NCBI GenBank assembly: GCA_034530875.2
Contig: JAVRCJ020000001.1
Span: 64,001 to 128,000, forward strand
Reading direction: 5' to 3'
DNA: 64,000 nucleotides
Origin: Nostoc sp. DedSLP01
GTDB lineage: Bacteria; Cyanobacteriota; Cyanobacteriia; Cyanobacteriales; Nostocaceae
Of this stretch, positions 10,420 through 21,900 are shown piece after piece. Each line of letters opens with the position of its first letter. Position 1 is the first letter of the stretch. The position numbers and the translations under genes were made by a program. The notes under the pieces are model-generated. The model was not told where the DNA came from. It ran no database searches and was given only the letters and a program-made list of their open reading frames with translations.

Positions 10420-11100
10420 TCAAATTAACTTCATATTAGAGGAGAGGCGACCTACCATTTCTGCGCGAGACGAAACATCAAGCTTGCGGAATATTCGTTT
10501 CAAAGCTTGCTTGACAGAATTTTCCGTAATCCAAAGAGTTGCGCCAATTTCAGCATTTGTTAGTCCTTGTGCAACTAATTCAGCAATTTGAATTTCACGT
10601 TGTGTTAAGGGATTAGTACTCAGAGAATTGAACAGTGTCGATCGCAATTGTAATGTCGCACGCCAAGTTGAAATATGCAGACACAAGGCGCTTAAATCTG
10701 CTAATTCTTGTGCATTAAAGGCAGGAGCGTTTCGAGTCCGAGTCAGACCGATGGCACCAAGTAGGTGGCCACTACCGACAACTGGCCCAACCATCACATG
10801 ATAGTGGTCAAAACGCGGACAAATAACCTGCCATTCTCCAGGCGATAACAATAATTCTTCGTGAACTACAGCGTGATGCTCGACTAAGTAACGCAAGACT
10901 GGATTATGCTCCAAAGAAAATGCTAATCGCACCACACGAGGAATGTTTTTCTCAAATTGCCAAAGCTTATCGAAGAAAAATATCCCCGAACGTTCGGCAG
11001 CAAAATACTCACTCAATTTACTAATGACTTGCGATCGCAATTCTTGCTCATCACTAGCACGAGCGATGGCATCAAATAAAGATTGTAAAGAATTCGCCAT
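10420..11100 (-). CDS. LuxR-family transcriptional regulator with N-terminal GAF-like sensor domain
   Basis: C-terminal LTQREIQIAELVAQGLTNAEIG...VKQALKRIFRKLDV helix-turn-helix. Confidence 0.9.
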   Translation of the reverse strand: MANSLQSLFDAIARASDEQELRSQVISKLSEYFAAERSGIFFFDKLWQFEKNIPRVVRLAFSLEHNPVLRYLVEHHAVVHEELLLSPGEWQVICPRFDHYHVMVGPVVGSGHLLGAIGLTRTRNAPAFNAQELADLSALCLHISTWRATLQLRSTLFNSLSTNPLTQREIQIAELVAQGLTNAEIGATLWITENSVKQALKRIFRKLDVSSRAEMVGRLSSNMKLI

Positions 11101-11117
11101 AATCTTAACTGCAAAAT

Positions 11118-11149
11118 GTACTCGTTCGAGGACTAGGCGTCGTTATAAT
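11118..11149 (+). promoter_or_regulatory. Candidate operator palindrome plus TATAAT -10 box for the rhodanese gene
   Basis: GTACTCG-TT-CGAGGAC imperfect dyad (11118-11133) and TATAAT at 11144-11149, in the divergent intergenic region. Confidence 0.45.
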
Positions 11150-11199
11150 CCAGACTTTATTCTACCTGCATAACAATTGCAGAATCAGGCAGAATAAAC

Positions 11200-12027
11200 A
11201 TGTCTCAATATATACACAGCAATATACTTGTCGATACCCAGTGGATATTTGAACGCTTGAATGACCCCCATATCCGTTTGATTCAAGCAGACATGAATCC
11301 ACACGCATATAACACCGGACACATTCCTGGCGCTGTCTTTTGGAATGTTACTACTGACCTTCTACTACCCGATTACCGCATTAATTTTGACCGAGCTGCA
11401 TGGGAAAAACTCTTGGCTAATTCTGGGATTACAAGTAAAACTACTGTCGTTGCTTATGGTGATTTCCCTGCGACAAGTGCATGGTTATTTTGGCTTTTCA
11501 AAGTCTTCGGTCATAGTGATGTGCGCGTTTTTAACGGTAATTATCAAAAATGGTTGTCCGAAGGTCGTCCAGTAGCCATAGAATCAGAAGCGATCGCACC
11601 AACCGAATATCAACTGCAAACTCTTGATGCAAACTTGCGAGCATTTTCTCATGATGTACGGGAATCTATTGGCACAGATAGCGTTTTAGTGGATGTCCGC
11701 ACGCCTCAAGAGTACAGTGGGGAATGGTTTTTCATGCAGCCACCTCAAGGAACGGAACGTGCAGGTCATATTCCTGGTGCAGTGTCCGTGTATTATGAGT
11801 TAGCTCTCAATGAAGATGGGACTTTTAAATCAGTCGAAGAATTGCAAAAACTTTATACCAGCAAAGGTATTACTTCCGATAAAGAAGTAATTACTTACTG
11901 TGCTGTTGGCGGACGTTCAGCGCATACTTGGTTCGTCTTGAAATATTTACTTGGTTACTCAAAAGTCCGAAACTACGATGGCTCATGGAATGAATGGAGT
12001 CGAATATCGAATATGCCCATTGAATAG
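11200..12027 (+). CDS. Tandem-domain rhodanese / sulfurtransferase
   Basis: GHIPGA twice, active-site YCAVGGRS, YDGSWNEW. Confidence 0.93.
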   Translation: MSQYIHSNILVDTQWIFERLNDPHIRLIQADMNPHAYNTGHIPGAVFWNVTTDLLLPDYRINFDRAAWEKLLANSGITSKTTVVAYGDFPATSAWLFWLFKVFGHSDVRVFNGNYQKWLSEGRPVAIESEAIAPTEYQLQTLDANLRAFSHDVRESIGTDSVLVDVRTPQEYSGEWFFMQPPQGTERAGHIPGAVSVYYELALNEDGTFKSVEELQKLYTSKGITSDKEVITYCAVGGRSAHTWFVLKYLLGYSKVRNYDGSWNEWSRISNMPIE

Positions 12028-12148
12028 CTGTTAATATACAGCAGAATTCTGAATTTTTCTTCAGCCATAAACTGTTGTTTGCTAAGGATTATTGGGAAAC
12101 ATAGAAATGAAGTCAACTTCATTTACTTAGCTGGCAACTAACAACATT

Positions 12149-14758
12149 ATGGTTAGTAATCTGATTGCTGTAGATAAAAATATTTATGAATCACTGCAAC
12201 AAGAATTAATAGAACTGCGTCAGATAGTTGCCAGTTTACAAGGTGCTAAATCTGCCAATCCTTTAAAACCTAATCTAGAGCAGATGGGTTTGTTTATCGA
12301 ACATATCCCTGCGGCGATAGCTATATTCGATCGGCAAATGCGCTACGTCTTGATGAGTCGGCGTTGGCGCGAAGATTACGGCCTCAGCGATAAAGAAATC
12401 ATCGGTTGCTCTCATGCTGAAATCTTTCCAGAAATTTCTCCGTATTTGCAGGAAATCCATCAACGTTGTTTGGTAGGAACCATTGATAAATCTGAGGAAA
12501 ATATTTTCCCTTTTAGAAACGGGACAATGGATTTGGTGAAATGGGAAATCAATCCTTGGTACGAAGAGTCCGGAGAAATTGGTGGGATCGTCATCTTCTC
12601 TCAAGGGATTACTGCTGAGAAACAAGCACAAGAAACACTACAACATCTCTATCAGGAGCTAGAAGCCAAAACCGAGGAGCATACAGCAGATTTACAAGAT
12701 CCCGAAGCACGATTCCAGCGGTTAGCTGACAATGTGCCAGGAATGATTCATGAATTTTGTTTGTATCCTGATGGTACGATGTCCTTCCCCTTCGTTTCTT
12801 CTGGATGTCGAGAAATCTTTGGAGTAGATCCCGAACAAATCAGAAATGATGTATCTCTAACATTTGCTTGCATTCATCCTGAGGATGTTTCAGATTTACA
12901 CAAAGCAATTATGCGTTCTGCCGAAACTCTGGAAAACTACGAGCATGAGTGGCGGATAATAACTCCCACTGGTCAGTACAAATGGCTTAAATCCATCGCT
13001 AGACCGGAACGCCAACCAACAGGAGAAATTCTCTGGTATGGTTATATGGTCGATATTAGCGAACTGCAAACGGCAATCTGCGATCGCCAACAAGCCACAG
13101 CTCAACTACAAGAGAAAGAGCAGTTCTTACGCAATATTTTTGATGGCGTCGCTCAAGTAATAACCGTAATAGATGTTTTGGAAAACTTTGAATTTCGTTA
13201 TGCTGGCTGGAATTCAGCAGCAGAAAAAATAACAGGAATTAGCAACGCAGAGGTTATTGGTAAAACTCCAGAATATGTACATGGCTCTGTTGAGGGTCTA
13301 GAAGTACGTCAACGATTCCAAATCTGTGCAGAAAGTGGTATCGGTCTAAAGTATGAAGAATGCCTGACTTTTCACGGTCAAAAAACTTGGTGGTTAACTA
13401 CAATTAATCCTTTAAAAAATAGCGAAGGTCGAATTTATCGACTAGTAGGAACAGCCTTAAATATTACAGAACGGAAACAAGCTGAAGAAGCACTCCAAGC
13501 CAGCCAACACTTCATTCAACGCATTACAGATTCTTCCCCTAATATTCTCTATATCTTCGATTTAGAAGAACAGCGTAATATTTACGCCAATCAAGAAATT
13601 GGTAAACTTCTTGGTTACTCTAATGAAGAAATTCAACAGATGGGAACACAAATTTTACCCACAATTACTCATCCAGATGATTGGGAAAAAGTTGTAACTC
13701 ACCTACAAAATTTTACTAAAGCCAAGGATGGCGACATTTATGAATTTGAATTTCGCGTCAGAAAACCAAACGGTGAATGGTGTTGGCTATACACTAGAGA
13801 AACAGTATTTAGTCGCAGTATTGATGGAAAAATAAAACAAATTCTTGGCGTTTCAACTGATATTACCGAGCGCAAACAAGCCGAGATGCAATTACAGCAA
13901 CAAGCTCAAAATTTAGAAAACACACTCCGGGAATTACAACGTACCCAAAGCCAACTTATCCAAAGTGAAAAAATGTCTTCGCTTGGTAATATGGTTGCAG
14001 GTGTTGCTCATGAAATTAATAATCCCGTTAATTTTATTCATGCTAATCTGATTCCAGCCAGTGAATACACCCAAGACTTATTACGTTTGGTAGAACTCTA
14101 CCAACAATATTTCCCCTATCCCCCAGAAGAAATTCAAGCAGAAATCACAGCTATTGACCTTGATTTCCTCAAGGAAGACTTTGTAAAACTCTTCCAATCC
14201 ATGACTTCAGGAACTCAGAGAATTCGTGAAATCGTTCTATCATTGCGGAACTTTTCCCGACTTGATGAAGCTGAATTTAAAGATGTAGATATCCATGAAG
14301 GTATCGATAGTACTTTGATGATTCTACACAACCGCTTGAAAGCTAAACCAAATCATCCAGAGATTTGTGTAATTAAAGAGTATGGTAAACTTCCCGCTGT
14401 AGAATGCTATCCTGGTCAATTAAATCAGGTGTTTATGAATATTTTAAATAATGCTATTGATGCCTTGGAAGATTTATCTTTAGAAAAACAAGGACAAATT
14501 CGCATTTACACTGAAGTCGATCGTAGTAAATGGGTAATCATTAAAATTTCAGATAATGGTGTAGGGATTCCTCAAGAAATACTGCCAAAACTTTTTGACC
14601 CTTTCTTTACTACTAAAGATGTCGGTAAAGGTACAGGACTAGGATTATCTATTAGTTACCAAATTATAGTAGACAAACATCAGGGAAATTTGTCTTGTAG
14701 CTCTACATCTGGACAAGGAGCAGAATTTGTAATTCAAATTCCTATAAGTCAATCCTAA
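12149..14758 (+). CDS. Multi-PAS sensor histidine kinase
   Basis: PAS repeats; H-box AHEINNP; N, G1, F and G2 boxes (NAIDA, DNGVG, FDPFFTTK, GTGLGL). Confidence 0.95.
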   Translation: MVSNLIAVDKNIYESLQQELIELRQIVASLQGAKSANPLKPNLEQMGLFIEHIPAAIAIFDRQMRYVLMSRRWREDYGLSDKEIIGCSHAEIFPEISPYLQEIHQRCLVGTIDKSEENIFPFRNGTMDLVKWEINPWYEESGEIGGIVIFSQGITAEKQAQETLQHLYQELEAKTEEHTADLQDPEARFQRLADNVPGMIHEFCLYPDGTMSFPFVSSGCREIFGVDPEQIRNDVSLTFACIHPEDVSDLHKAIMRSAETLENYEHEWRIITPTGQYKWLKSIARPERQPTGEILWYGYMVDISELQTAICDRQQATAQLQEKEQFLRNIFDGVAQVITVIDVLENFEFRYAGWNSAAEKITGISNAEVIGKTPEYVHGSVEGLEVRQRFQICAESGIGLKYEECLTFHGQKTWWLTTINPLKNSEGRIYRLVGTALNITERKQAEEALQASQHFIQRITDSSPNILYIFDLEEQRNIYANQEIGKLLGYSNEEIQQMGTQILPTITHPDDWEKVVTHLQNFTKAKDGDIYEFEFRVRKPNGEWCWLYTRETVFSRSIDGKIKQILGVSTDITERKQAEMQLQQQAQNLENTLRELQRTQSQLIQSEKMSSLGNMVAGVAHEINNPVNFIHANLIPASEYTQDLLRLVELYQQYFPYPPEEIQAEITAIDLDFLKEDFVKLFQSMTSGTQRIREIVLSLRNFSRLDEAEFKDVDIHEGIDSTLMILHNRLKAKPNHPEICVIKEYGKLPAVECYPGQLNQVFMNILNNAIDALEDLSLEKQGQIRIYTEVDRSKWVIIKISDNGVGIPQEILPKLFDPFFTTKDVGKGTGLGLSISYQIIVDKHQGNLSCSSTSGQGAEFVIQIPISQS

Positions 14759-14895
14759 AATAAAAGCCATAATAGAGAATTTTCTAATTTGTAATAAGTC
14801 ACAAATACCCCAATTATTAGAAAATTAGGGGATGTTATCTCCGATGAATAATTTAGATTTGTTATAGTTAGGTTAAGTTTAGGGGTAAAAAAGTA

Positions 14896-15534
14896 ATGTT
14901 ACTTGAACTCAATCAACTAATTGTACCTGTTGGTCATCAGTTGTTGATTAAAGGTATATCGTGGTCAGGGTACAAAAATATTTTGGCGGAATTGGGTGAA
15001 AATCGTAGTTCTCGGATATCTTACAGTCAAGGGGTGCTGGAAATAATGGCTCCATTACCAGAGCATGAAGTAGGTAAAGTTATTATTGGGGACTTAATAA
15101 AAGTTATCCTTGAAGAACTTGATATTGAATTTTGGAGTCTAGGTTCTACGACTTTTGACCAAGAAAAAATGGATGCTGGGGTAGAACCGGATGATTGTTT
15201 TTACATCGAAAACGAAGCTGCTGTTAGAGGTAAGGATAGAATTGATTTAACAGTCGATCCGCCGCCAGATTTGGCAATCGAAATTGATATTACTTCCCGC
15301 ACCCGTTTTAATAATTATCAATTATTGGGAGTACCGGAATTGTGGCGATGGAATGGCAATAAATTAGAAATTAATGTTTTGATTGATGGAAAATATATAG
15401 AATCTAATAACAGTCGGATTTTTCCTAGCTTACCTATTGCTCAAGCGATTCCTGAATATTTAAAGCGGTGTAAAACGGATGGCAGGAATGCAACTATGAA
15501 AGTATTTCGTGCTTGGGTGAAACAGCAAATATAA
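14896..15534 (+). CDS. Uma2 family (PD-(D/E)XK-like) putative endonuclease
   Basis: LEIMAPLPEHE, EPDDCFY, PPPDLAIEIDITS, LGVPELW. Confidence 0.9.
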   Translation: MLLELNQLIVPVGHQLLIKGISWSGYKNILAELGENRSSRISYSQGVLEIMAPLPEHEVGKVIIGDLIKVILEELDIEFWSLGSTTFDQEKMDAGVEPDDCFYIENEAAVRGKDRIDLTVDPPPDLAIEIDITSRTRFNNYQLLGVPELWRWNGNKLEINVLIDGKYIESNNSRIFPSLPIAQAIPEYLKRCKTDGRNATMKVFRAWVKQQI

Positions 15535-15706
15535 TTGGCTGATGCAGAGATGCAAAATTGAAAATACTTTTAGCGCCTAGTTTTGAGAATATCAGACTGG
15601 CGATCGCACTTATATAAAAATGATTTTTCCGCGAACATGTTGATTCTGCCAAATATTACACTATAGTACATTCGTGCGATCGCAGTTACTCGCAATAATA
15701 CACATT

Positions 15707-15948
15707 AAACCTGCCTTGAAAATAGGGAGTAGGGAATGGGGAACTCGGGGCCCCCACGAAGTGGGGATTAGGGGCATGGGGAATAGGGAAAAGAAATTTT
15801 CATTGTTCCTTGTGAGCGCAACTCATGGAGTCTCTTGCAAAAAGAGTTTTGCAAGAGGGGGCAAAGGGAAAAGGTAAAAGGGAAAGGGTTTTTGTTATCC
15901 CTTTACCCTTTCCCCCTTACCCTTTTTCCAACTTCTGCAAGAAGTCTA
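15707..15948. mobile_element. MITE-like dispersed repeat, copy 1
   Basis: Ends ACCTGCCTTGAAAATAGGGAG and ACTTCTGCAAGAAGTCTA; homologous, in inverted orientation, to 47325-47511. Confidence 0.75.
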
Positions 15949-16100
15949 TTAAACTGGCTGAGTACGGTTATAATATCGGCTGACTCTTTCTTAACCTGAG
16001 TACTCCAAAGTTTTTTGGACTTGCTGAGGAGATTATAAATACTTTACCAAACAATCGGTATTAGCTATAGTAGCTGAGTTTTAAATATTAACGAAAACGA

Positions 16101-17186
16101 ATGACTAAAAGACGACAATTTTTCAAAGGAGTAATAGCACTTTCTAGCTTGTCTTTAACGAGTTGCGGTTGGAGGCTAGCTCAAGTACGTGCTAATTCTA
16201 ATTTTTCTAGTCGCAGCGACCAACTTTATATCTATACTTGGACGCAATATACTGATAAACAATTACTAAAAACTTTTAGTACTCAAACTGGCATGAAAGT
16301 GCTGGCAGATGTGTATGATTCTAACGATGTGATGCTGGCTAAGTTGCAAGCTGGGGGTGGTAGCGCTTACAGCATTATCTATCCATCTGATTATATGGTA
16401 CAGAAGATGGTAGATAAAGGTTTATTAACAGAAATAGCTCGCGATCGCCTAATCGGTATCGAAAATTTATTTCCTCGATTTTCTAATCCTATTTATGACC
16501 CCAATAACCGTTACAGCATACCTTTTAATTGGGGTACAACAGGTTTTATTTATAATTCTGAAAAACTTAAAGAGCCGCCCCAAGATTGGGATTATCTTTG
16601 GCAAAATCAAGGCAAACTTAAGAAGCGAATGACTTTGCTCAATGATGTACGCGAGGTGATGGGTGCAACATTGCGGATGTTAGGTTATTCTTATAACTCC
16701 AAAAACGAATCAGAAATCAAACAAGCTTATGAAAAATTGAAACAGTTAAAACCTGCGATCGCTGCTTTTGATACAGATGCTTGGCAAAATCAAATTCTTG
16801 GCGGAGATTTACTCTTAGCAATGTGTTATTCAGCCGATGCAGTAAAAATCTCTAAAGAAAATCCTAAATTAAAATATGTGATTCCTCGCAGCGGTTCTTC
16901 ATTATGGACAGATACTATTGTAATTCCTAAAACAGCCCCCAATTTAGCTGGAGCCTACGCTTGGATTAATATGATTTTGCAACCAGAGGTAGCAGCCGAA
17001 ATCAGCGAACGCTTAAGTATTGCTACGCCTAATCGTGCTGGATTTGAGCAATTACCACAAACGATACAAAACAATTCTAATTTATTTCCTCCAGAATCAC
17101 TTTTAGTAAATTGTGAGCGTATCAGTCCTGTAGGAGAATTTGAAGAAGTTTACGATCGCTACTGGACTCAATTAACCAGCAGCTAA
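16101..17186 (+). CDS. potD: Polyamine ABC transporter substrate-binding lipoprotein
   Basis: RRQFF signal and LTSC lipobox; YTWTQY, YDSNDVM, PSDYMV, PFNWGTTG motifs. Confidence 0.88.
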   Translation: MTKRRQFFKGVIALSSLSLTSCGWRLAQVRANSNFSSRSDQLYIYTWTQYTDKQLLKTFSTQTGMKVLADVYDSNDVMLAKLQAGGGSAYSIIYPSDYMVQKMVDKGLLTEIARDRLIGIENLFPRFSNPIYDPNNRYSIPFNWGTTGFIYNSEKLKEPPQDWDYLWQNQGKLKKRMTLLNDVREVMGATLRMLGYSYNSKNESEIKQAYEKLKQLKPAIAAFDTDAWQNQILGGDLLLAMCYSADAVKISKENPKLKYVIPRSGSSLWTDTIVIPKTAPNLAGAYAWINMILQPEVAAEISERLSIATPNRAGFEQLPQTIQNNSNLFPPESLLVNCERISPVGEFEEVYDRYWTQLTSS

Positions 17187-17233
17187 ATAGATTTGGGAGT
17201 TAAGAGTTAAGAATTAGGAGTTAAGAGTTAGGA

Positions 17234-18130
17234 ATGATTAATTTTAAAAGAAATGATATTTCTGAAATAGAAGAATTGCATCAACAGCAAGCAAGTTGGC
17301 TGCAACCTTTAGTATTACTTGCACCGTCAGCAATTTGGTTGTTACTTTTGTTGGTGCTGCCAAGTTTAATAATTTTCGAGTTAAGTTTAGTTGCAGACAT
17401 ACGGCCGGGAGATATAGTTAATCCTAATGGAATCAAAAATTATATCCGCATCTTCGATCCTCTTTACTTGCAAGTAATCTTGCGATCGCTATATTTAGCT
17501 TTTGGCACTACAATTATTTGTTTGATTTTAGGTTTTCCTGTAGCTTATTGGATTGCTGTAATTGCACCAAAGCGTTGGCAGAATTTACTGCTATTAGGCT
17601 TTGTTTTGCCTTTGTGGACTTCTTCGTTACTGCGTTCTTATGCTTGGATTACAATTCTTCGTCCTACTGGTTTATTGAATAGTTTGTTAAGCTATTTCGG
17701 TTTACCGCCTTTGGAAATACTGAATACAAGTCAAGCTGTATTGATTGGTATGAGTTACAGCTTATTACCCTATATGGTTTTAATTTTGTATGCCTCTCTC
17801 GAAAAGTTAGATAAGCGTTTGCTAGAAGCAGCAGCAGATTTGGGTGCAAATCCGGTGGAAGCTTTTTTCCAAGTAACTATACCGCAAATTTTTTCAGGAA
17901 TTGCAGCCGGTTCGATGCTTGTATTCATCACAGGTTTGGGAGATTTTATCGACCCCGAATTACTTGGTGGTGCTTCTAGTATGACCGCAGCACGATTAGT
18001 TTATAACCAGTTTCTTGGAGCAACTCAAAATTGGGGATTTGGTTCGGCTTTGAGTATGACATTAATTTTAGTTGTGAGTATTGCGATCGCTCTGTTAATT
18101 AAGTTTGGTGAAGCTACGCCCAAACGCTAA
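17234..18130 (+). CDS. potB: Polyamine ABC transporter permease
   Basis: LPLWTSSLLRSYAW, EAA loop (LLEAAADLGA), WGFGSA. Confidence 0.88.
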   Translation: MINFKRNDISEIEELHQQQASWLQPLVLLAPSAIWLLLLLVLPSLIIFELSLVADIRPGDIVNPNGIKNYIRIFDPLYLQVILRSLYLAFGTTIICLILGFPVAYWIAVIAPKRWQNLLLLGFVLPLWTSSLLRSYAWITILRPTGLLNSLLSYFGLPPLEILNTSQAVLIGMSYSLLPYMVLILYASLEKLDKRLLEAAADLGANPVEAFFQVTIPQIFSGIAAGSMLVFITGLGDFIDPELLGGASSMTAARLVYNQFLGATQNWGFGSALSMTLILVVSIAIALLIKFGEATPKR

Positions 18131-18184
18131 ACATTTGCCCACTCACTTATAATAAGGGCATCGAACGCCACCGAGACAAAGGTT

Positions 18185-18907
18185 ATGCTTTCACCCGATC
18201 TCAAAAATGCGTTACCAACTACTGATGAACTTCCCTGTTCGGACGATACACCAGTGGATAACGAAGACCAAAATTTTTTACCCAACATTTTACTTTTTTT
18301 GCTCAACTCCATTTGGGCAAATCGTATGGATTGGTACTTTGGGGTAGATATGGGAGTCTATCACACTACAGGAGTAAATCCTAGAGTTCCTGTAGTGCCA
18401 GATGCTTTTTTAAGTCTGGGAGTAGAACGCAAAAAAGGTGGTAAATCCCGCAAGAGTTACGCAGTTTGGGAAGAAAATGGAGTAGTTCCAATACTCACAT
18501 TAGAAATGGTATCCCACACCCCAGGAGGTGAATACGAAGAAAAGCTAGATATATACAAAAAACTTGGTGTATTGTACTACGTAATTTATAACCCTGAATT
18601 TTGGCGGCGCGACCAACACCAACCATTTGAAGTGTATAAATTGATAGATGGGAGTTACCAACTACAAATAGGTGAACCTTATTTCATGCCAGAAATCGGG
18701 TTGGGTATTGGCCGACAGCAATCTGTAATTGCGGGAATACAACAAGAGTTTTTATCTTGGTATGATGAGCGAGGAAATCGCTATTTGACAGACGCAGAAC
18801 AGGCACAACAAGAACGGCAAAGGGCTGAACAAGAACGACAAAGGGCTGAACAGTTAACCGAGTATTTACGTTCTCTAGGTATAGATCCAAATAATCTTCC
18901 TCTTTAA
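18185..18907 (+). CDS. Uma2 family putative endonuclease with C-terminal QERQRAE coiled-coil repeats
   Basis: LPCSDDTPVDNEDQ, VPDAFLSLG, LEMVS, LGVLYYVIY. Confidence 0.9.
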   Translation: MLSPDLKNALPTTDELPCSDDTPVDNEDQNFLPNILLFLLNSIWANRMDWYFGVDMGVYHTTGVNPRVPVVPDAFLSLGVERKKGGKSRKSYAVWEENGVVPILTLEMVSHTPGGEYEEKLDIYKKLGVLYYVIYNPEFWRRDQHQPFEVYKLIDGSYQLQIGEPYFMPEIGLGIGRQQSVIAGIQQEFLSWYDERGNRYLTDAEQAQQERQRAEQERQRAEQLTEYLRSLGIDPNNLPL

Positions 18908-18972
18908 AAAAAAGTAACTGACTCTTAAACCATTATTTTAAATTTTGCCTTATTTTGTAACTAATGCAAACA

Positions 18973-21900
18973 TTACTGATTTGCCGCTATAAGTACATGA
19001 TTCAAATTTTCTGTATCGCTGTTAATTAAACCTTTAATCGTTGTCAAAAATTCATGTTCTAAATAAGGTTTAGTTAAATAAGCCTTAGCACCTAATTCTT
19101 GGGCAAGCTGGCGATGTTTTTCTGCACTGCGAGAAGTCAGAATCACCACGGGTATTTTTGCAAAATTTGGATATTGGCGGAAATTCGTCAATAATTCAAA
19201 ACCATTCATCCTTGGCATTTCTAAATCGGAGACGACAACTTCAATTTCTGGATGTAACTGCAATTTTTCTAAAGCTTCTACACCATTTTGAGCTTGTATA
19301 ACTTGATAACCAGATTTTTGCAGGGTTAGAGAAATAGTTTGCCGCAGGCTAATTGCATCGTCTACTACTAAAATAACTTTTGGTGATTGATGATTTGGCT
19401 CTAGAGAATAACTAGGTTGAGTTTTTATAGTATCTGTAGAAGTAGAGGGAGTGATTGATGGTGTAGGTGAAAACGTGTTTGTTGATGATATCGGGACAGA
19501 TTTTTTATTTGGTGAAGCTGTAATATCGAGTGTTTTTTGCGGCATTTCGCTCAACTCTGCCAAAGATAAAGCATCAATCACTAAGATGAGATTACCATTC
19601 GGTAAACTACTACAACCATAGATATATTTTGGTGGTGCGATCGCATTTCCTAAAGGTCTAATTACTAATTCGTGTTCGCCAATAATTTGGTCAACTTCTA
19701 AAGCAAACATTCCTTGATTTCGCCGTAGCAAAAGCACCGGATTTTTAGTTATATTTAAATCGTGAGTATTTGTTCGATTGTATTGATTATTACTATTAAA
19801 TAACGAACCATGATAATATATCAACTCTGAAAGTTCACGGAGGCTAACCATAGTTTCATCTTGGTCTGCATTCCAATGTAAAACTTTTTTACCTTCCGTT
19901 TCTTTGATTTGGTCATCAGCAGGAATTAAGATTTTTTCGATGCTGTCTAAAAGTAAGGCATAAACAATACCTTTGGCTTGAACTAGCATTAATTTTTCTG
20001 TAGTCATAGAAAAAGGAATTTTGAGTATAAATTTTGTTCCTTGGTTGGGTGAAGTTTCAACTGAAACTGAACCATTGAGCGCCTGCATTTGAGTACGGAC
20101 AATATCTAACCCCATACCGCGTCCAGAAATTTCGCTCACTTGATTGGCAGTAGAAAATCCGGGAGAAAATATCAAATCTAAAAGTTCGGATTCTGTTAAT
20201 TTAGAAGCATAGCTTCTGGCTTTTTCTTCGCTTTCGATATTCCCGAGTTCAACAGCTTTTCTGCGAATGCTGTCTAAATTCAATCCCTGTCCATCATCCC
20301 GAACTTCGATCACAGTTTGACTACCTTGATGGTAAGCGCAGATTTCAATTAAACCTTGTTCTGGTTTGCCAAACTCCCGGCGGAAGTGTGGAGGTTCAAT
20401 ACCATGATCGAAAGCATTACGTACTAAGTGCAACAGAGGATCGTAAAGTTTTTCGGCGATCGCTTTATCAACTAGTACTTCAGTACCACAAAGTTTTAAT
20501 TCTACAAGTTTTGCATAAACATTCCCCAATTTATTTACCATGTGGGGGAAGCGATTCAAAATATTGCCCAAAGGCAACATTCGTGCTTCTACTAAGTTAT
20601 CTATAATATTGAGAGTTAAATTCTCTTTATTACCACTTATTTGAGTAGCTTGGTTTACAAGCAAATCAAGAGATTCTGTAGTTTCTTGTAGTTGCAGTGT
20701 CTCTTCTATTGCTTCATGCAGTGTCATCTGAAATTCTGTATATACATCCATTTCCAGAGAGTCAAATTTCACTGCCAAATTTGGTGTTTGCTGCGAAGCG
20801 AAATTTTGTATTTGTAATGGTAAATCGCGTAATTCATTTAAAATTGTTTGATGTTTAGCAAGTCGCTGCATTAATTGCTCAATTATTTCTTGAATTTGTT
20901 CATCTTGTAAACTCCGGCGCTTTTGGTTAATCAACAATTCTCCCGCGAGATAATTGAGGTTTTGTAATTTATCTGTATCTACTCGAATAAAAGAAGGCTG
21001 GCGAGTATTTTTAATTGGCAGATTTTCTGCTTTTTTGTCTATTTCCTTGTTAAATTGTGGAGATGAATTAGGAATATCTTCACTAACTGTTTTAGGAGTA
21101 TCTATCTGCTCTAACTCACTTTTGTTAGTTTCAACTTCAGCCGTCAGGTTTTGGTCAGGTTCTTCTCCCCATATCACTTCTAAAAGAGGATCGGTAATTT
21201 CGGAAGATATAGATATTTCTTTAAGAACTAACAGGGTTTGTAACTTGGGACTATCAAGCCAGTTTTTCTCTTTGGCAGTAACAGGAGGATAGTTTTTATA
21301 TTTTTTAGCTAATTTATAAATCTTATTTTGCAAGGCTTTAACTACCAGAAGGTAATTATGCGATTTATCAACATAGTATTGGAATTTTGCAACTGCAAAT
21401 AAAATAATTAAAATGATACCTTGACGATAAATACACAGACTTTGGCTATCTTCGTCTTCCCGAACAAAAAGTAAGAACTTGTTCAGCCAGCTTTCAATAT
21501 AATTGAGCAATTCTTTTTTAGGTAATTTAGGAACAAGTAAGCTCAAATTCAGTTCTGATTCTGGTATTTGTATTTCGTGATTAAACCAGCCAAAAATATA
21601 ACGAATTACTTTTAAATAAAATTTAGCAGTTGTTGGTTTGACAGCTTCATTTTTAGTGTCATCTGATGTAGTTAAGAAGAGATAAAATTGTTCTTCGTTA
21701 AAGACAAATTTACTAGGAAATGAATTATTTGGTAATTCTTCAGATTCCTCTTGATTTTCTAAGTTAGCCAGTTTTTGCAAACTTGCAGAAGCTTTTCCAC
21801 CAGAAGTGCGATCGCCTGCTAATACGGATTTTTGTGCTTCTTGCAAATCTGTAAGCGCAATTTCTGCAATTTGCTGCACTTGTGTAGGATTTACTTGTAG

